A DNA stretch of 63,637 bases from Candidatus Woesearchaeota archaeon (GCA_964418095.1 CAYQKM010000004.1:1-63637); one strand, 5' to 3'. Positions 46,564 to 55,793 are shown, counted from the stretch's first letter. Numbers and translations are program-made. The notes: generated from the sequence alone by a model not told the origin.

Positions 46564-46723
46564 AATATCTATTGAGAAATATACTTTAAAAATGTTTTGC
46601 TTTTGTCGAGGTTAAACAAGAGATTATCTCCCTTATTTTGTCAAAATTAAACCTCCTATTTTAGACATAAATTTTCCTTCATTTTTCACAAAAAACAAGC
46701 TGTTTTTAATATTTTTATTAGAC

Positions 46724-46783
46724 AAACAGGCTGTTTAAACAGCAACAAACAGCAACAAACACCCCCCAACAGCTTCCAACACT
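46724..46783 (+). repeat. ~60-bp direct repeat, copy 1 (contains AAACAGGCTGTTT palindrome plus AAACAGCAACAAACACCCCCCAACAGCTTCCAACACT)
   Basis: The 37-bp core at 46747-46783 is identical to 46895-46931. The flanks match apart from two 1-nt indels. Confidence 0.85.
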
Positions 46784-46873
46784 CATAAACAGCTGTTTAA
46801 ACACCCGTAAACAGCAACAAACACCCTTCTATTCATATTTATTTTAATTTATTTCTCCGTCGATAAATGCCTC

Positions 46874-46931
46874 AAACAGCCGTTTAAACAGCATAAACAG
46901 CAACAAACACCCCCCAACAGCTTCCAACACT
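46874..46931 (+). repeat. ~60-bp direct repeat, copy 2
   Basis: The sequence is AAACAGCCGTTTAAACAGCATAAACAGCAACAAACACCCCCCAACAGCTTCCAACACT. It lies 150 bp downstream of copy 1. Confidence 0.85.
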
Positions 46932-47003
46932 CCAACACACATCCCACACATTTTAGCATATTCCAACACATATCCAACACATAATTCTAATAAGCACCAA
47001 AAA

Positions 47004-47059
47004 TATTCAATATAACTTACTTAACCTAAGTGCAAATAACTCTTGAAAATAAAAACTCT
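47004..47059 (+). repeat. 56-bp direct repeat, copy A
   Basis: TATTCAATATAACTTACTTAACCTAAGTGCAAATAACTCTTGAAAATAAAAACTCT is repeated at 47532-47587 with 2 mismatches. A 15-bp fragment (TAACCTAAGTGCAAA) also occurs at 47357-47371. Confidence 0.85.
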
Positions 47060-47531
47060 TTTTTTTCACTAAAATAAATTTTTTTTCTACACCTCAACCC
47101 CTCTCATCTAGCAACCCCTTCAAGTATTTCTCAGACAATTTTTTCCAAAAATTTCTCTTTAAGACTCTTTTAAACCCCTGTTTTAAATCACTGCCTTTTC
47201 ATCTCTTTTTTATTTTATTTCCTCCTTTATTTCACATACCCTCTTTTTACTAATTTTAATATCTTGACCAGCCATTTAACACCTCCAAAGATTCAGAACA
47301 TTATCCAACACATAACTCAAGCCCCAATAATCTTTAAAAAAGACAAACAACAAAGGTAACCTAAGTGCAAAAAGCCAGGGAAAAATTAAGATATTGCTTT
47401 GGATTTTTTCAAAAACCAAGCAAATTCCCTCCTTCCACAAACTCCTTTTCAGACTAACTCTATATATCTTGATTCATTATTAAAAAATACCCTCTCTAAA
47501 AACCCCTTTAAATACAAATGAAAACTAAAGG

Positions 47532-47587
47532 TATTCAATATAACTTACTTAACCTAAGTGCAAATAATTCTTAAAAATAAAAACTCT
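47532..47587 (+). repeat. 56-bp direct repeat, copy B
   Basis: The sequence is TATTCAATATAACTTACTTAACCTAAGTGCAAATAATTCTTAAAAATAAAAACTCT. Confidence 0.85.
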
Positions 47588-47854
47588 CTTTTAAAATTTA
47601 AAACCACTTCTATTGCTCCAGATTCAATTAACAAAATAAAGAAAATAAATTAAGAGATTCAGGACAAATCATCAAATTTACTCAAATTACCCAAAAATTA
47701 AAGAAATAATCAAAAAACACCCTAAAACTTCGCACAATATATCTTGTACGAACCTCAAAAATGCACTGTTTTAAGCGATTTTAAGAGGTTTTTTCAATAT
47801 AATAGGTATATTTACTAAGAAAAGTGATTTGTAATTTTTTTGGATTTTTTAGTT

Positions 47855-50800
47855 TCAATATCCATTAATAATATCATATATTTTTTTTCGGTCTTTTTCA
47901 GGAAGCCTTTTATAAATCTTTTTTATATCCTTATAGAGTCTCATTATTGTTTCTCTATCCCACCTGCTTTTAGCTTCTTGATACTCCTCCACTAGCCCAT
48001 AAATATCTTTTTTATCTATCTTAATTAGGACATCATTTATCTCCTTATAAAAATAATTTCTTGTTTTGTAAGGCAAGACAGGATAAATTTCCTTTATTTT
48101 ATAGTATTTTGCTCTTGCCCCCTCAATGTCTTTTTCTTTTAGTGATTTGTTTATTTCTTTAATTAAGTCAATCACTCTTGCCACATTAGGCTCTTTTTTC
48201 CAACCCCTCATTTTGAACTTTTTGAAAACAATTGGGGCAATTGTAAAAAGCACAACCAAAAACATAAATAAGATTACAATATAAATTGTTAAACCACCAG
48301 AAAGCCCCCCAAGCACAAAATATCCTGTAACTCTTGTTTTAATATTAGTTAAGTCATCTTCAAACAACATTGTTTCAGTATCTTCAATGTCTTTTAACTT
48401 TACAGATTCAGATATATAATAAATTATTTCATTGTTTTTAATGTCTTCTTGCTCTATTTCAAACAGATTTCCCTTTCCTTTTCTTTCACTATCTGTAATA
48501 AACACTATATTTTCTTTATTTTTAAAAAGGCTTTCTGGAATAAATTCCAGGATACTTCCACGAGAGTTTTCTCCAATTTTAACTTTCTTTGTAACTAATA
48601 TGAATTTTTGAGTTCCATTAGCATATTCTATCTCAACTTCCATGGCTTCTGAAGAAACAGATATATCATTTTGCATCTTTTTATTTATCTCCACCGATTT
48701 TCTTAAAGAAGCTCCTTTCAAGATCGTGTTTGTAGATGAAAAATACTCTTCAATTATCTGCTTAAAATCCCCACTTATACTGTTTTTAACATATTCGTAG
48801 TCTTTATTTACTTTGACATTTAATGGAATTTTTGTTCTTATAGATTCAAGCTCATTCAAATAATCTTCTGTTTTCTTTTTTCTCAAGCTTTCGCTACCAA
48901 CATACTTATAATTCTCTTGAAAAAAGTTTTGTATATCTAAAAGCCTTTTTTTATAGTATTTAGTTTCTTCTAAAATATTAAGTTTTTCCAAAACCTCTTT
49001 TTCCTTTAAACTATAATTTGAAGTTAGAACCTTATCTGCAAGCTCTTTTAACTTATCTACTTCTTCTTTAGAATCATAATATAAATCAGAGTTATTTGTA
49101 ACATTATTTAAAATAACCTGAAATATTGAAGCATTTAAATACTCGTTAGAGGAGTTATCAAAACACTCTACTTCCCAAAGGTAAATACCCTCTTCAAAAT
49201 CTGTTAGCATAACTACAACATTTTTATTATTTTGAACTGAATCATTGTTCGCTACAGATTTATCTTTAGAAGTTAGAGGAAATACTAAATTAGATTTGTT
49301 CCATGTGCAGTGAGTTAATGACGAGCATCCATTATATATTCTAAGTGAACAGTTTTTAATTTTAACATCATCACTGGCCCTGTATGTGAAATTTATTGAA
49401 TTTACATAAATTATTTGTTTTGAATAGGGTTTTAAGAGGGTAATGTCTGGGGCACTTTTATCTTTATTTGTTTGTCCAGTTACATTTAACTCACTTTGCT
49501 CAATTACATTTAATCCATTTTTTTGAATAATAAAATTCTCCCCCCCCATAATCATATTCAACTTAAGAGTATAATTGCCTTCTTGAGTATATTTTCTTGT
49601 AAATATCTTGTTAAATTGCAATGTGTTAATATCCAAATAAGTAATATTTGAATTTCCATCCCCATAATCTAAAATAACATGGGTTATATTCTTAAAAGGA
49701 GAGGTTATATTAGCAGTAACCTTAACAGAACCATCTTTTTTAATAGATGTTGCATTTAGACTCAGGTTTGCACTTGCAACAGAGAAATTAGTTAGTAGAG
49801 TATAATTTGGAGCAGGCTCATCAAATATTATCTTTAAGGCATAGTTTCCATCTCCCTTTAAGATAGATTCATTCATTATAAAAGATGCAGAGTTTGCATA
49901 ATTTCTACTGTAGATTATATTGTTCTCTCCTTTGATTATTTGAACAGAAAAATTTGAAGGGGCACTTGAATTAATTATTATTGTTTCACTGTTTAGTATT
50001 TTATTTTGGGTTAAATCTAAAAAATATAACTTTCCTTCTTTAAGAGAAGAGTTAAAAGTTTCATTTATTGAAAATGAGCCCAAACTTGCATTTGTCACAG
50101 ACTTATTCGAGGGATCTAAACATACTACCCCCCAATCATAATCTCCATTGGGCAAGTTTAAATTATAACTCTCATTTGAATTGAAAATTTCTTCAAAATT
50201 TTCTCCTATGCCTCCAACTTGAAGATTACAAATAAATTCTTTTGAATAATTCACGCTTATATTAAATAAAATGGGGTTTCTTACATTTCCAATAGGACCA
50301 GAAACATTCAAGAGTAAACTCTCTTCTTCAGAACCCTCTTCTTCAGAATTATTTATATTATTTAATTCTATAACTACCCTAAATATCTGCTCACTTAGGT
50401 GGGGAACAATCCACGAAACTTTCTCAATTAATCCATTGTCGTCTTCATCATAATACTCAACACCATATTCATCGAATAAAGTGATATCTATTCCTTCCTG
50501 ATTTTCCCAATAGATTCTTATATCTTTCTTTTCAGATTCTTGAGTTAAATCAATGTAAATTCGTAATTCTTTTTCAAAATGCTCTTCACTTGAAATAATC
50601 ACCTCTTTTTCAAATTCATTCTTTTTTATATCTTGTATTGGTTTCAAATTTTCACTAAGAAATTTCCAATCTTCTTCAATACAGTTTATAACTTCTACCT
50701 TCTTTTCCCCATTAGGAGAGTGAGAATATAATAAACAGTAATCTGTGCCCAAATTAATTTCTGGATTTTCTTCTTTTTCTTCAGTGTTTTCTGAATCTTT

Positions 50801-51115
50801 TTGGGAATTTTCTTTAGAAATATCTGACAAATTAATATACTCAAATTTTTCATTAGAAAAGCTCTCGTTTTTTGAATCGTCTGATTCAAATTTATCTTCG
50901 GAATCGCCTATCTCAATTTCATTTTCAAGCTCTCCACTATCTTCAGAGTATTCTCCCGTAGGTGGAGAGGCAGGATTATCTTCGACATTCTCTGGATTAT
51001 TACTCACACCATTTGAGTCATCAGGAGGGGAGGAATTTACCTGGGGTGCAATTAAAATTATAAATAAAATTGCTAAGAAAAAGATGAATAATGTGTTTAA
51101 AAATCTCTTATTCAT
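47855..51115 (-). CDS. giant surface protein: signal peptide, acidic linker, Ig/PKD-like repeats, C-terminal TM anchor, 122-aa cytoplasmic tail with duplicated tail motif
   Basis: 1086 aa. The signal peptide is MNKRFLNTLFIFFLAILFIILIAPQVNS. A PKD-like block reads VILDYGDGNSNITY...YTQEGNYTLKL. There are dozens of N-x-S/T sequons. The TM reads GLTIYIVILFMFLVVLFTIAPIVF. The tail (47855-48223) contains ...ARAKYYKIKEIYPVLPYKTRNYFY... and ...MRLYKDIKKIYKRLPEKDRKKIY... Confidence 0.7.
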   Translation of the reverse strand: MNKRFLNTLFIFFLAILFIILIAPQVNSSPPDDSNGVSNNPENVEDNPASPPTGEYSEDSGELENEIEIGDSEDKFESDDSKNESFSNEKFEYINLSDISKENSQKDSENTEEKEENPEINLGTDYCLLYSHSPNGEKKVEVINCIEEDWKFLSENLKPIQDIKKNEFEKEVIISSEEHFEKELRIYIDLTQESEKKDIRIYWENQEGIDITLFDEYGVEYYDEDDNGLIEKVSWIVPHLSEQIFRVVIELNNINNSEEEGSEEESLLLNVSGPIGNVRNPILFNISVNYSKEFICNLQVGGIGENFEEIFNSNESYNLNLPNGDYDWGVVCLDPSNKSVTNASLGSFSINETFNSSLKEGKLYFLDLTQNKILNSETIIINSSAPSNFSVQIIKGENNIIYSRNYANSASFIMNESILKGDGNYALKIIFDEPAPNYTLLTNFSVASANLSLNATSIKKDGSVKVTANITSPFKNITHVILDYGDGNSNITYLDINTLQFNKIFTRKYTQEGNYTLKLNMIMGGENFIIQKNGLNVIEQSELNVTGQTNKDKSAPDITLLKPYSKQIIYVNSINFTYRASDDVKIKNCSLRIYNGCSSLTHCTWNKSNLVFPLTSKDKSVANNDSVQNNKNVVVMLTDFEEGIYLWEVECFDNSSNEYLNASIFQVILNNVTNNSDLYYDSKEEVDKLKELADKVLTSNYSLKEKEVLEKLNILEETKYYKKRLLDIQNFFQENYKYVGSESLRKKKTEDYLNELESIRTKIPLNVKVNKDYEYVKNSISGDFKQIIEEYFSSTNTILKGASLRKSVEINKKMQNDISVSSEAMEVEIEYANGTQKFILVTKKVKIGENSRGSILEFIPESLFKNKENIVFITDSERKGKGNLFEIEQEDIKNNEIIYYISESVKLKDIEDTETMLFEDDLTNIKTRVTGYFVLGGLSGGLTIYIVILFMFLVVLFTIAPIVFKKFKMRGWKKEPNVARVIDLIKEINKSLKEKDIEGARAKYYKIKEIYPVLPYKTRNYFYKEINDVLIKIDKKDIYGLVEEYQEAKSRWDRETIMRLYKDIKKIYKRLPEKDRKKIYDIINGY

Positions 51116-51314
51116 TTTGCTTACCCCGCTTAGATTTACTAACCAAATATCCCTCGTTATACAACCAGAGAGTTATTATCTTTCCAACAACATCTTGCTC
51201 ATTATTTCCAATAACTCCAATCAGTTTTCTTATCGCTTCTTTTTGGTTTAAAGGTATTGTCCCTTTAACTGTAGAGCTTTTATGTTTGGCATCATTTAAG
51301 TCCTTTTTAGGCAT
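51108..51314 (-). CDS. small ribbon-helix-helix (CopG/Arc-like) DNA-binding protein
   Basis: The track ORF extends to 51395, but the plausible ATG is at 51314. MPKKDLNDAKHKSSTVKGTIPLNQKEAIRKLIGVIGNNEQDVVGKIITLWLYNEGYL fits a beta-strand plus two helices. Its stop overlaps the start of the giant gene by 8 nt (ATGAATAA). Confidence 0.5.
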   Translation of the reverse strand: MPKKDLNDAKHKSSTVKGTIPLNQKEAIRKLIGVIGNNEQDVVGKIITLWLYNEGYLVSKSKRGKQNE

Positions 51315-51427
51315 TATATAATAATAATAAAGTACTTTATAAAGGTTTTTATTTTCTTGTGTTTTTTTAAGAAGATTTAAATAAATAGGTTGCAATCTTC
51401 ATATAGGGAGAGGATTAAAAAAAGCAC

Positions 51428-53437
51428 GTGAAAATCTTGTTTTTATCAAAGAGAGAAAATTTTTTATTGTTTTTTTTATTTGTAATTTTAATTTTTTTAA
51501 GATTTACTTCTGCTGAAGTTGGAACTACCTTGGAGATTATTAATGCCCCCCCATATTTAATCAAAGATATACCAGATCAAAGTTGGCCAGAAAATGAGAG
51601 CTTAATTGATGCATTTGATTTAGATGAATATTTTGGAGACCAAGAGGGAACCCCCCTTACATATTATAATTCTTCAGTTTCCGGAATCTATGTTGAAATA
51701 AACCCCATAACCCACACTGTTTCATTTTACCCTGCTCCAGGATTTTCAGGAAAAAGAGAGGTTACATTTTATGCTTCAGATTCAAAATACGATTCTCCAA
51801 GTAATGTTGTAACACTTTCTGTAGGACTAGATAAAGAGCCGCCGAAATGGTTTTTTCCAGGTATAGATAAAGAAGTCATTTATCAAAGCGATCTGGTAAC
51901 ATTCACAACAAATTGGACAGATGATAGAAATCTTAAAGAGTTTATTTTTTCAATAAATCAGGGAGCAGGATGGGAAAATTATTCTTCCACTTTCTTCTCA
52001 GGAAAAGAAAATATTTCATCATCAAAAATACAGATTAGAGCTCCTGCATTTAATATTGTTTATTGGAGATATTATGCATCAGATAGTTCTGGAAACATAA
52101 ACGTTACTGATATACAAAGCTTTACAGTTTCTCTTAAAGAAACTGGTGAAGGGCCTGGAAGCGGGAGTAATAATAAGACTTCAGGGGGATTATCTAACCT
52201 TTTTCAGAATGTAGATGTTTCAAAAGCAAGAAAAATAGAAGATTTCCAAATTAACATCTATGAACTTAGAGTTCAATTAAAGCAAGGAGAATCTAAAACG
52301 AGGTTATTAAAAATAACTAACACTGGACTTGAAGAGATTTTTATTAATCTCTCATCTCCTAAGCTACAAGATTTTGTAGTTTTCAGTTCATCCTCTTTTT
52401 CTCTCCCTTCAGGAAAATCAAAGGAGATTGCTTTAGATTTCCACGCTAAAGACAGAACAATCCCCGGACAATATTTTGGATATATTACTCTTAGCTCTCG
52501 CAATGTAAGTAAGTCCATTCCAACAGTGCTGGATATTCAAGGGATAAATTTAGAATTTGATGTAACTTTAAATATTTCAGAAGAATATAAGATAGTTAAG
52601 CCTGGAAAAGAAATCAAAGTAAACATGACTTTGAAAAATTTAAAAGACCTTAAAGACACAAAAATATCTCTTTACTATGCAATAAAAGATTATTTCGGGA
52701 CAGTTTATAACTTTTCAGAAGAAGATGCAACCCTTTTTTCCACACTTTCTCTGGAGAGAACATTACTTGTTCCAGAGGGAACACCCAAGGGAAAATATTT
52801 AGTCTATGTAAGAGCCTCAGATGATAAAAATATTGCAATAGACTCTGTAGAATTTGAAGTAGGAACAAAATTTAGTTTTTCTTCATTTATAAAAATAGGC
52901 TCAATATCTCTTTTAATTACAATCTTTGCTTTATTTTTAGCTATCTTAATGGTTAAGCGTAGAAAGGATAAAGAAAAAGAAAGAATCTTAGAATTATACA
53001 TTTTATTAAATAAATTAAAATCTTTAATAAAACAAAATAAAGAAGACGAAGCTTTAGATCTTTTCATAAAGATAAAAAAAATGTATCGGGAACCCCTCCC
53101 AAAAGATATATTTGATGATAAAGAAAAATTAAAAAAAGAAATATCTCTTTTATATGACAGTTTTTTAAAAGACAAAAATATATCTGAATTAAATAAAAAT
53201 GTCTCAAAAAATTTAGTTGCTCAACACCCACCTGCAAATAAAAACGAGAAACCTTTCTCAGATAAATCTCTTGAATTTTTACAAGAACAAAGAAAAAAAG
53301 GACTAACAGACTCCCAAATAAAAAAATTTCTTTTAAATAAAGGGTTTTCAGAGGAAGAAGTTGGAAAAATATTTAACTCCTTAAACAATAAATCAAATAT
53401 AAACAACCAGGTTAAAAAAAGAGACAAAAAAATTTAA
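51428..53437 (+). CDS. large surface protein: signal peptide, Ig-like domains, TM anchor, cytoplasmic tail with tail motif and KG[LF][ST]xx[EQ][IV] helical repeats
   Basis: 669 aa. It apparently starts at GTG, has no in-frame ATG in the signal peptide, and has GGGAGAGGA 16 nt upstream. The signal peptide is KILFLSKRENFLLFFLFVILIFLRFTSA. The TM reads ISLLITIFALFLAILMV. The tail (52955-53437) contains EDEALDLFIKIKKMYREPLPKD and KKGLTDSQIKKFLLNKGFSEEEVGKIFNSL. Confidence 0.65.
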   Translation: MKILFLSKRENFLLFFLFVILIFLRFTSAEVGTTLEIINAPPYLIKDIPDQSWPENESLIDAFDLDEYFGDQEGTPLTYYNSSVSGIYVEINPITHTVSFYPAPGFSGKREVTFYASDSKYDSPSNVVTLSVGLDKEPPKWFFPGIDKEVIYQSDLVTFTTNWTDDRNLKEFIFSINQGAGWENYSSTFFSGKENISSSKIQIRAPAFNIVYWRYYASDSSGNINVTDIQSFTVSLKETGEGPGSGSNNKTSGGLSNLFQNVDVSKARKIEDFQINIYELRVQLKQGESKTRLLKITNTGLEEIFINLSSPKLQDFVVFSSSSFSLPSGKSKEIALDFHAKDRTIPGQYFGYITLSSRNVSKSIPTVLDIQGINLEFDVTLNISEEYKIVKPGKEIKVNMTLKNLKDLKDTKISLYYAIKDYFGTVYNFSEEDATLFSTLSLERTLLVPEGTPKGKYLVYVRASDDKNIAIDSVEFEVGTKFSFSSFIKIGSISLLITIFALFLAILMVKRRKDKEKERILELYILLNKLKSLIKQNKEDEALDLFIKIKKMYREPLPKDIFDDKEKLKKEISLLYDSFLKDKNISELNKNVSKNLVAQHPPANKNEKPFSDKSLEFLQEQRKKGLTDSQIKKFLLNKGFSEEEVGKIFNSLNNKSNINNQVKKRDKKI

Positions 53438-53438
53438 A

Positions 53439-55793
53439 ATGAAAATTCTAAAAAAGTACTTTTTTGTTATTTGCATTTTCTCGCTTATGCTGAGTTTTTC
53501 CTTAATTGTGAGCGCTTCAGAGAATTCTGCATTTGGAGATGAAATAAAAAAAGAGTATTATTCTATTTCAAGAGACAAAATTGACAGAGTTGTGGCTCTT
53601 GGAACATTATTCCAGGATTTTATAACTATTGAAAATTTTAACACAAGATCTCTTTTTGTAAGCTTTTCAGTTTCAGGAGCAGCAGCCAACTTTATAGAAT
53701 TTGATTACTCGGGAATAGAGATTCTTCCTGGAGAGAGTTCTTCTTTTTATTTTTACATTAAAGGGGAAGAGGAAGGGTCATATATCGGAGAGTTCTCTTT
53801 ATCTGGAGGGGCCACAGAAAAAATTCCAGTTACAATAAAAATTATTAATTCTGATTTAAACCCAATATTTTTTATAGACACCGAACCTTTTAAGAAAACA
53901 TTTAATTTAAATGAAGATTTGAAATTTAAAATTTATCTTAATAAACTAAAATCTGGACCAGCAGAAAATTTAACAATCTCTTATTATTTAAACAATACTA
54001 AAAACGAATCATTTTTTTTAGGAGAAGAATCATTTAACTTTACAAACTCATTTTACTTAGTTAGAAAATTTAAAATACCTCAAGAAGCGGATAAAGGAGA
54101 TTATATTTTGCAAACAACAGCTACTTATTCAGGAGACTCAATTTTTTCTTTAAGTCGGTTTATAATAAAGAAACCTTTTTTTAAGATTCTCTTATTTGGA
54201 TTTTTACCTCTTTGGGCATTATTTTTAGGATTGGGGACAATTTTGTTATTCTTGCTAATATTCTTTTTAATAAGGAGAAAAATTAAATTATCAAAAAAAT
54301 ACAGAATGGAGCTTGATACAAAAAAGCTTCCTACTCCCAGTAAAGAGGTCTTGGTTTTAGGAAAAATTGCCGAGACTAAAATAAAAGCTTGCTTAGAACC
54401 TGAAAAATTGAAGATACACACAATTGTCGCTGGAGCTACTGGTGGAGGAAAAAGTATTGCTGCTCAAGTAATAGTAGAAGAAGCTCTTCTAAAAAATGTT
54501 GCAGTAATTGTTTTTGATCCAACAGCACAGTGGTCAGGTATGCTTAGAAAATGCGAAGACAAAAAAATGATTTCCTATTACCCTAATTTTGGATTAAAAC
54601 CTACAGATGCAAGGGCTTTCTTTGGGAATATAAGACAGATATCTCATGCCAGAGAAATTATTGATGTGAATAAGTTTATTCAGCCAGGACAAATACAGAT
54701 ATTTGCGTTAAATAAATTAGATCCAAATGATATGGATATTTTTGTTGCGAGTGTTATAAGGCAAATATTTAAGTCTGACCCAAAAGAAACCCCTGATTTA
54801 AAAGTTCTTTTAGTTTTTGATGAGGTTCACAGGTTACTTTCAAAATTTGGAGGTAGCGGAGAAGGATTTTTACAAATAGAAAGAGCATGCAGGGAGTTCA
54901 GAAAATGGGGAATTGGAGTTATGTTGGTCTCTCAGGTATTAAGTGACTTCGTTGGAGAGATAAAAGCAAACATTAACACTGAAATACAAATGAGGACAAG
55001 GGACGAAGGAGATTTAAAAAGAATAAACACGAAATATGGAGAAGAATTTTTGCAATCACTTGTTAAGGCATCAGTAGGGGTGGGAATGTTTGTAAATACT
55101 GCATACAACAAAGGTAGACCGTATTTCATAAACTTTAGACCCATCCTTCACAACACACGAAGACTTTCAGACGAGGAGTTAGAAAAGTACAATAAATATA
55201 ATGATATAATTGATGACTTTGAAAATCAAATAAATCAGCTTGAAACAGAAAAAGTAGACATATTTGATTTGAAGATGGAATTAAAACTGATTAAGGATAA
55301 GCTAATGACAGGAAACTTTTCAGTTGTGGATATTTATATCGAAGGCATAGCACCAAGATTGCAAAAACAATGGGAAAAAATAGGAAAGAAGCCAAAAAAA
55401 GTGGAGAAAAAATTACTAGACGAATCTGAATTAAAAAAATCATTAGAAGAAGCAAAAAAAGCAAGAGAAATTTTTGAAAAAGAAGAACAAAAGAAACAAA
55501 AAAAAGAAGAGAAAAAAACAGAAGCAGAAAATATTGGTACAAAAATACTTAAGCCTTTAACTTTTGATAATGGGATAATGATATCCACACTTAAAGAATT
55601 AAAAGATACTCTTCCAGGCATAGATAAAGAAATATTTTTGCTTCATGTGAATGAAAATAAGAATGATATCTCCAAGTGGGCAGCGCAGGTTTCAGCAGAT
55701 TTATCTAAAAAAATAGCAGCTGAAAGCGAAAAGTCAAAAATTGTTCTGATATTGGATCAATTTTTAAAAGAAGCAAGCACTAAAAAATCTTAA
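53439..55793 (+). CDS. membrane-anchored HerA/FtsK-like P-loop ATPase (DUF87-type) with N-terminal signal peptide and extracellular Ig-like domain
   Basis: 784 aa. The signal peptide is MKILKKYFFVICIFSLMLSFSLIVSA. The ectodomain is about 215 aa (SFSVSGAAANFIEFDYSGIEILPGESSSFYFYIKGEEEGSYIGEFSL). The TM spans about aa 246-278 (nt about 54174-54272). The HerA-type core has Walker A (HTIVAGATGGGKSIAAQVI...VIVFDPTAQW), Walker B (LLVFDEVHRLL) and REFRKWGIGVMLVSQVLSDF...INTEIQMRTRD. A Lys/Glu coiled coil follows, then a C-terminal LTFDNGIMISTLKELKDTLPGIDKEIFLLHVNENKNDISKWAAQV domain. Confidence 0.75.
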   Translation: MKILKKYFFVICIFSLMLSFSLIVSASENSAFGDEIKKEYYSISRDKIDRVVALGTLFQDFITIENFNTRSLFVSFSVSGAAANFIEFDYSGIEILPGESSSFYFYIKGEEEGSYIGEFSLSGGATEKIPVTIKIINSDLNPIFFIDTEPFKKTFNLNEDLKFKIYLNKLKSGPAENLTISYYLNNTKNESFFLGEESFNFTNSFYLVRKFKIPQEADKGDYILQTTATYSGDSIFSLSRFIIKKPFFKILLFGFLPLWALFLGLGTILLFLLIFFLIRRKIKLSKKYRMELDTKKLPTPSKEVLVLGKIAETKIKACLEPEKLKIHTIVAGATGGGKSIAAQVIVEEALLKNVAVIVFDPTAQWSGMLRKCEDKKMISYYPNFGLKPTDARAFFGNIRQISHAREIIDVNKFIQPGQIQIFALNKLDPNDMDIFVASVIRQIFKSDPKETPDLKVLLVFDEVHRLLSKFGGSGEGFLQIERACREFRKWGIGVMLVSQVLSDFVGEIKANINTEIQMRTRDEGDLKRINTKYGEEFLQSLVKASVGVGMFVNTAYNKGRPYFINFRPILHNTRRLSDEELEKYNKYNDIIDDFENQINQLETEKVDIFDLKMELKLIKDKLMTGNFSVVDIYIEGIAPRLQKQWEKIGKKPKKVEKKLLDESELKKSLEEAKKAREIFEKEEQKKQKKEEKKTEAENIGTKILKPLTFDNGIMISTLKELKDTLPGIDKEIFLLHVNENKNDISKWAAQVSADLSKKIAAESEKSKIVLILDQFLKEASTKKS

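Noticed and set aside
46724-47587. Possible CRISPR array or mobile-element termini suggested by the 37/60-bp and 56-bp direct repeats
   Set aside because: Each repeat has only two full copies, the spacing is irregular (150 bp and 528 bp), and no cas genes are nearby, so this is not a CRISPR array.
No integrase, transposase or tRNA target is present in the window, so a mobile element cannot be supported. The repeats are kept as repeats and discussed in the findings.
50745-51321. Plus-strand ORFs 50745..51251 and 51091..51321
   Set aside because: They are antisense to the acidic N-terminal region of the giant surface protein and to the RHH gene. Their translations are Ser/Phe-rich low complexity.
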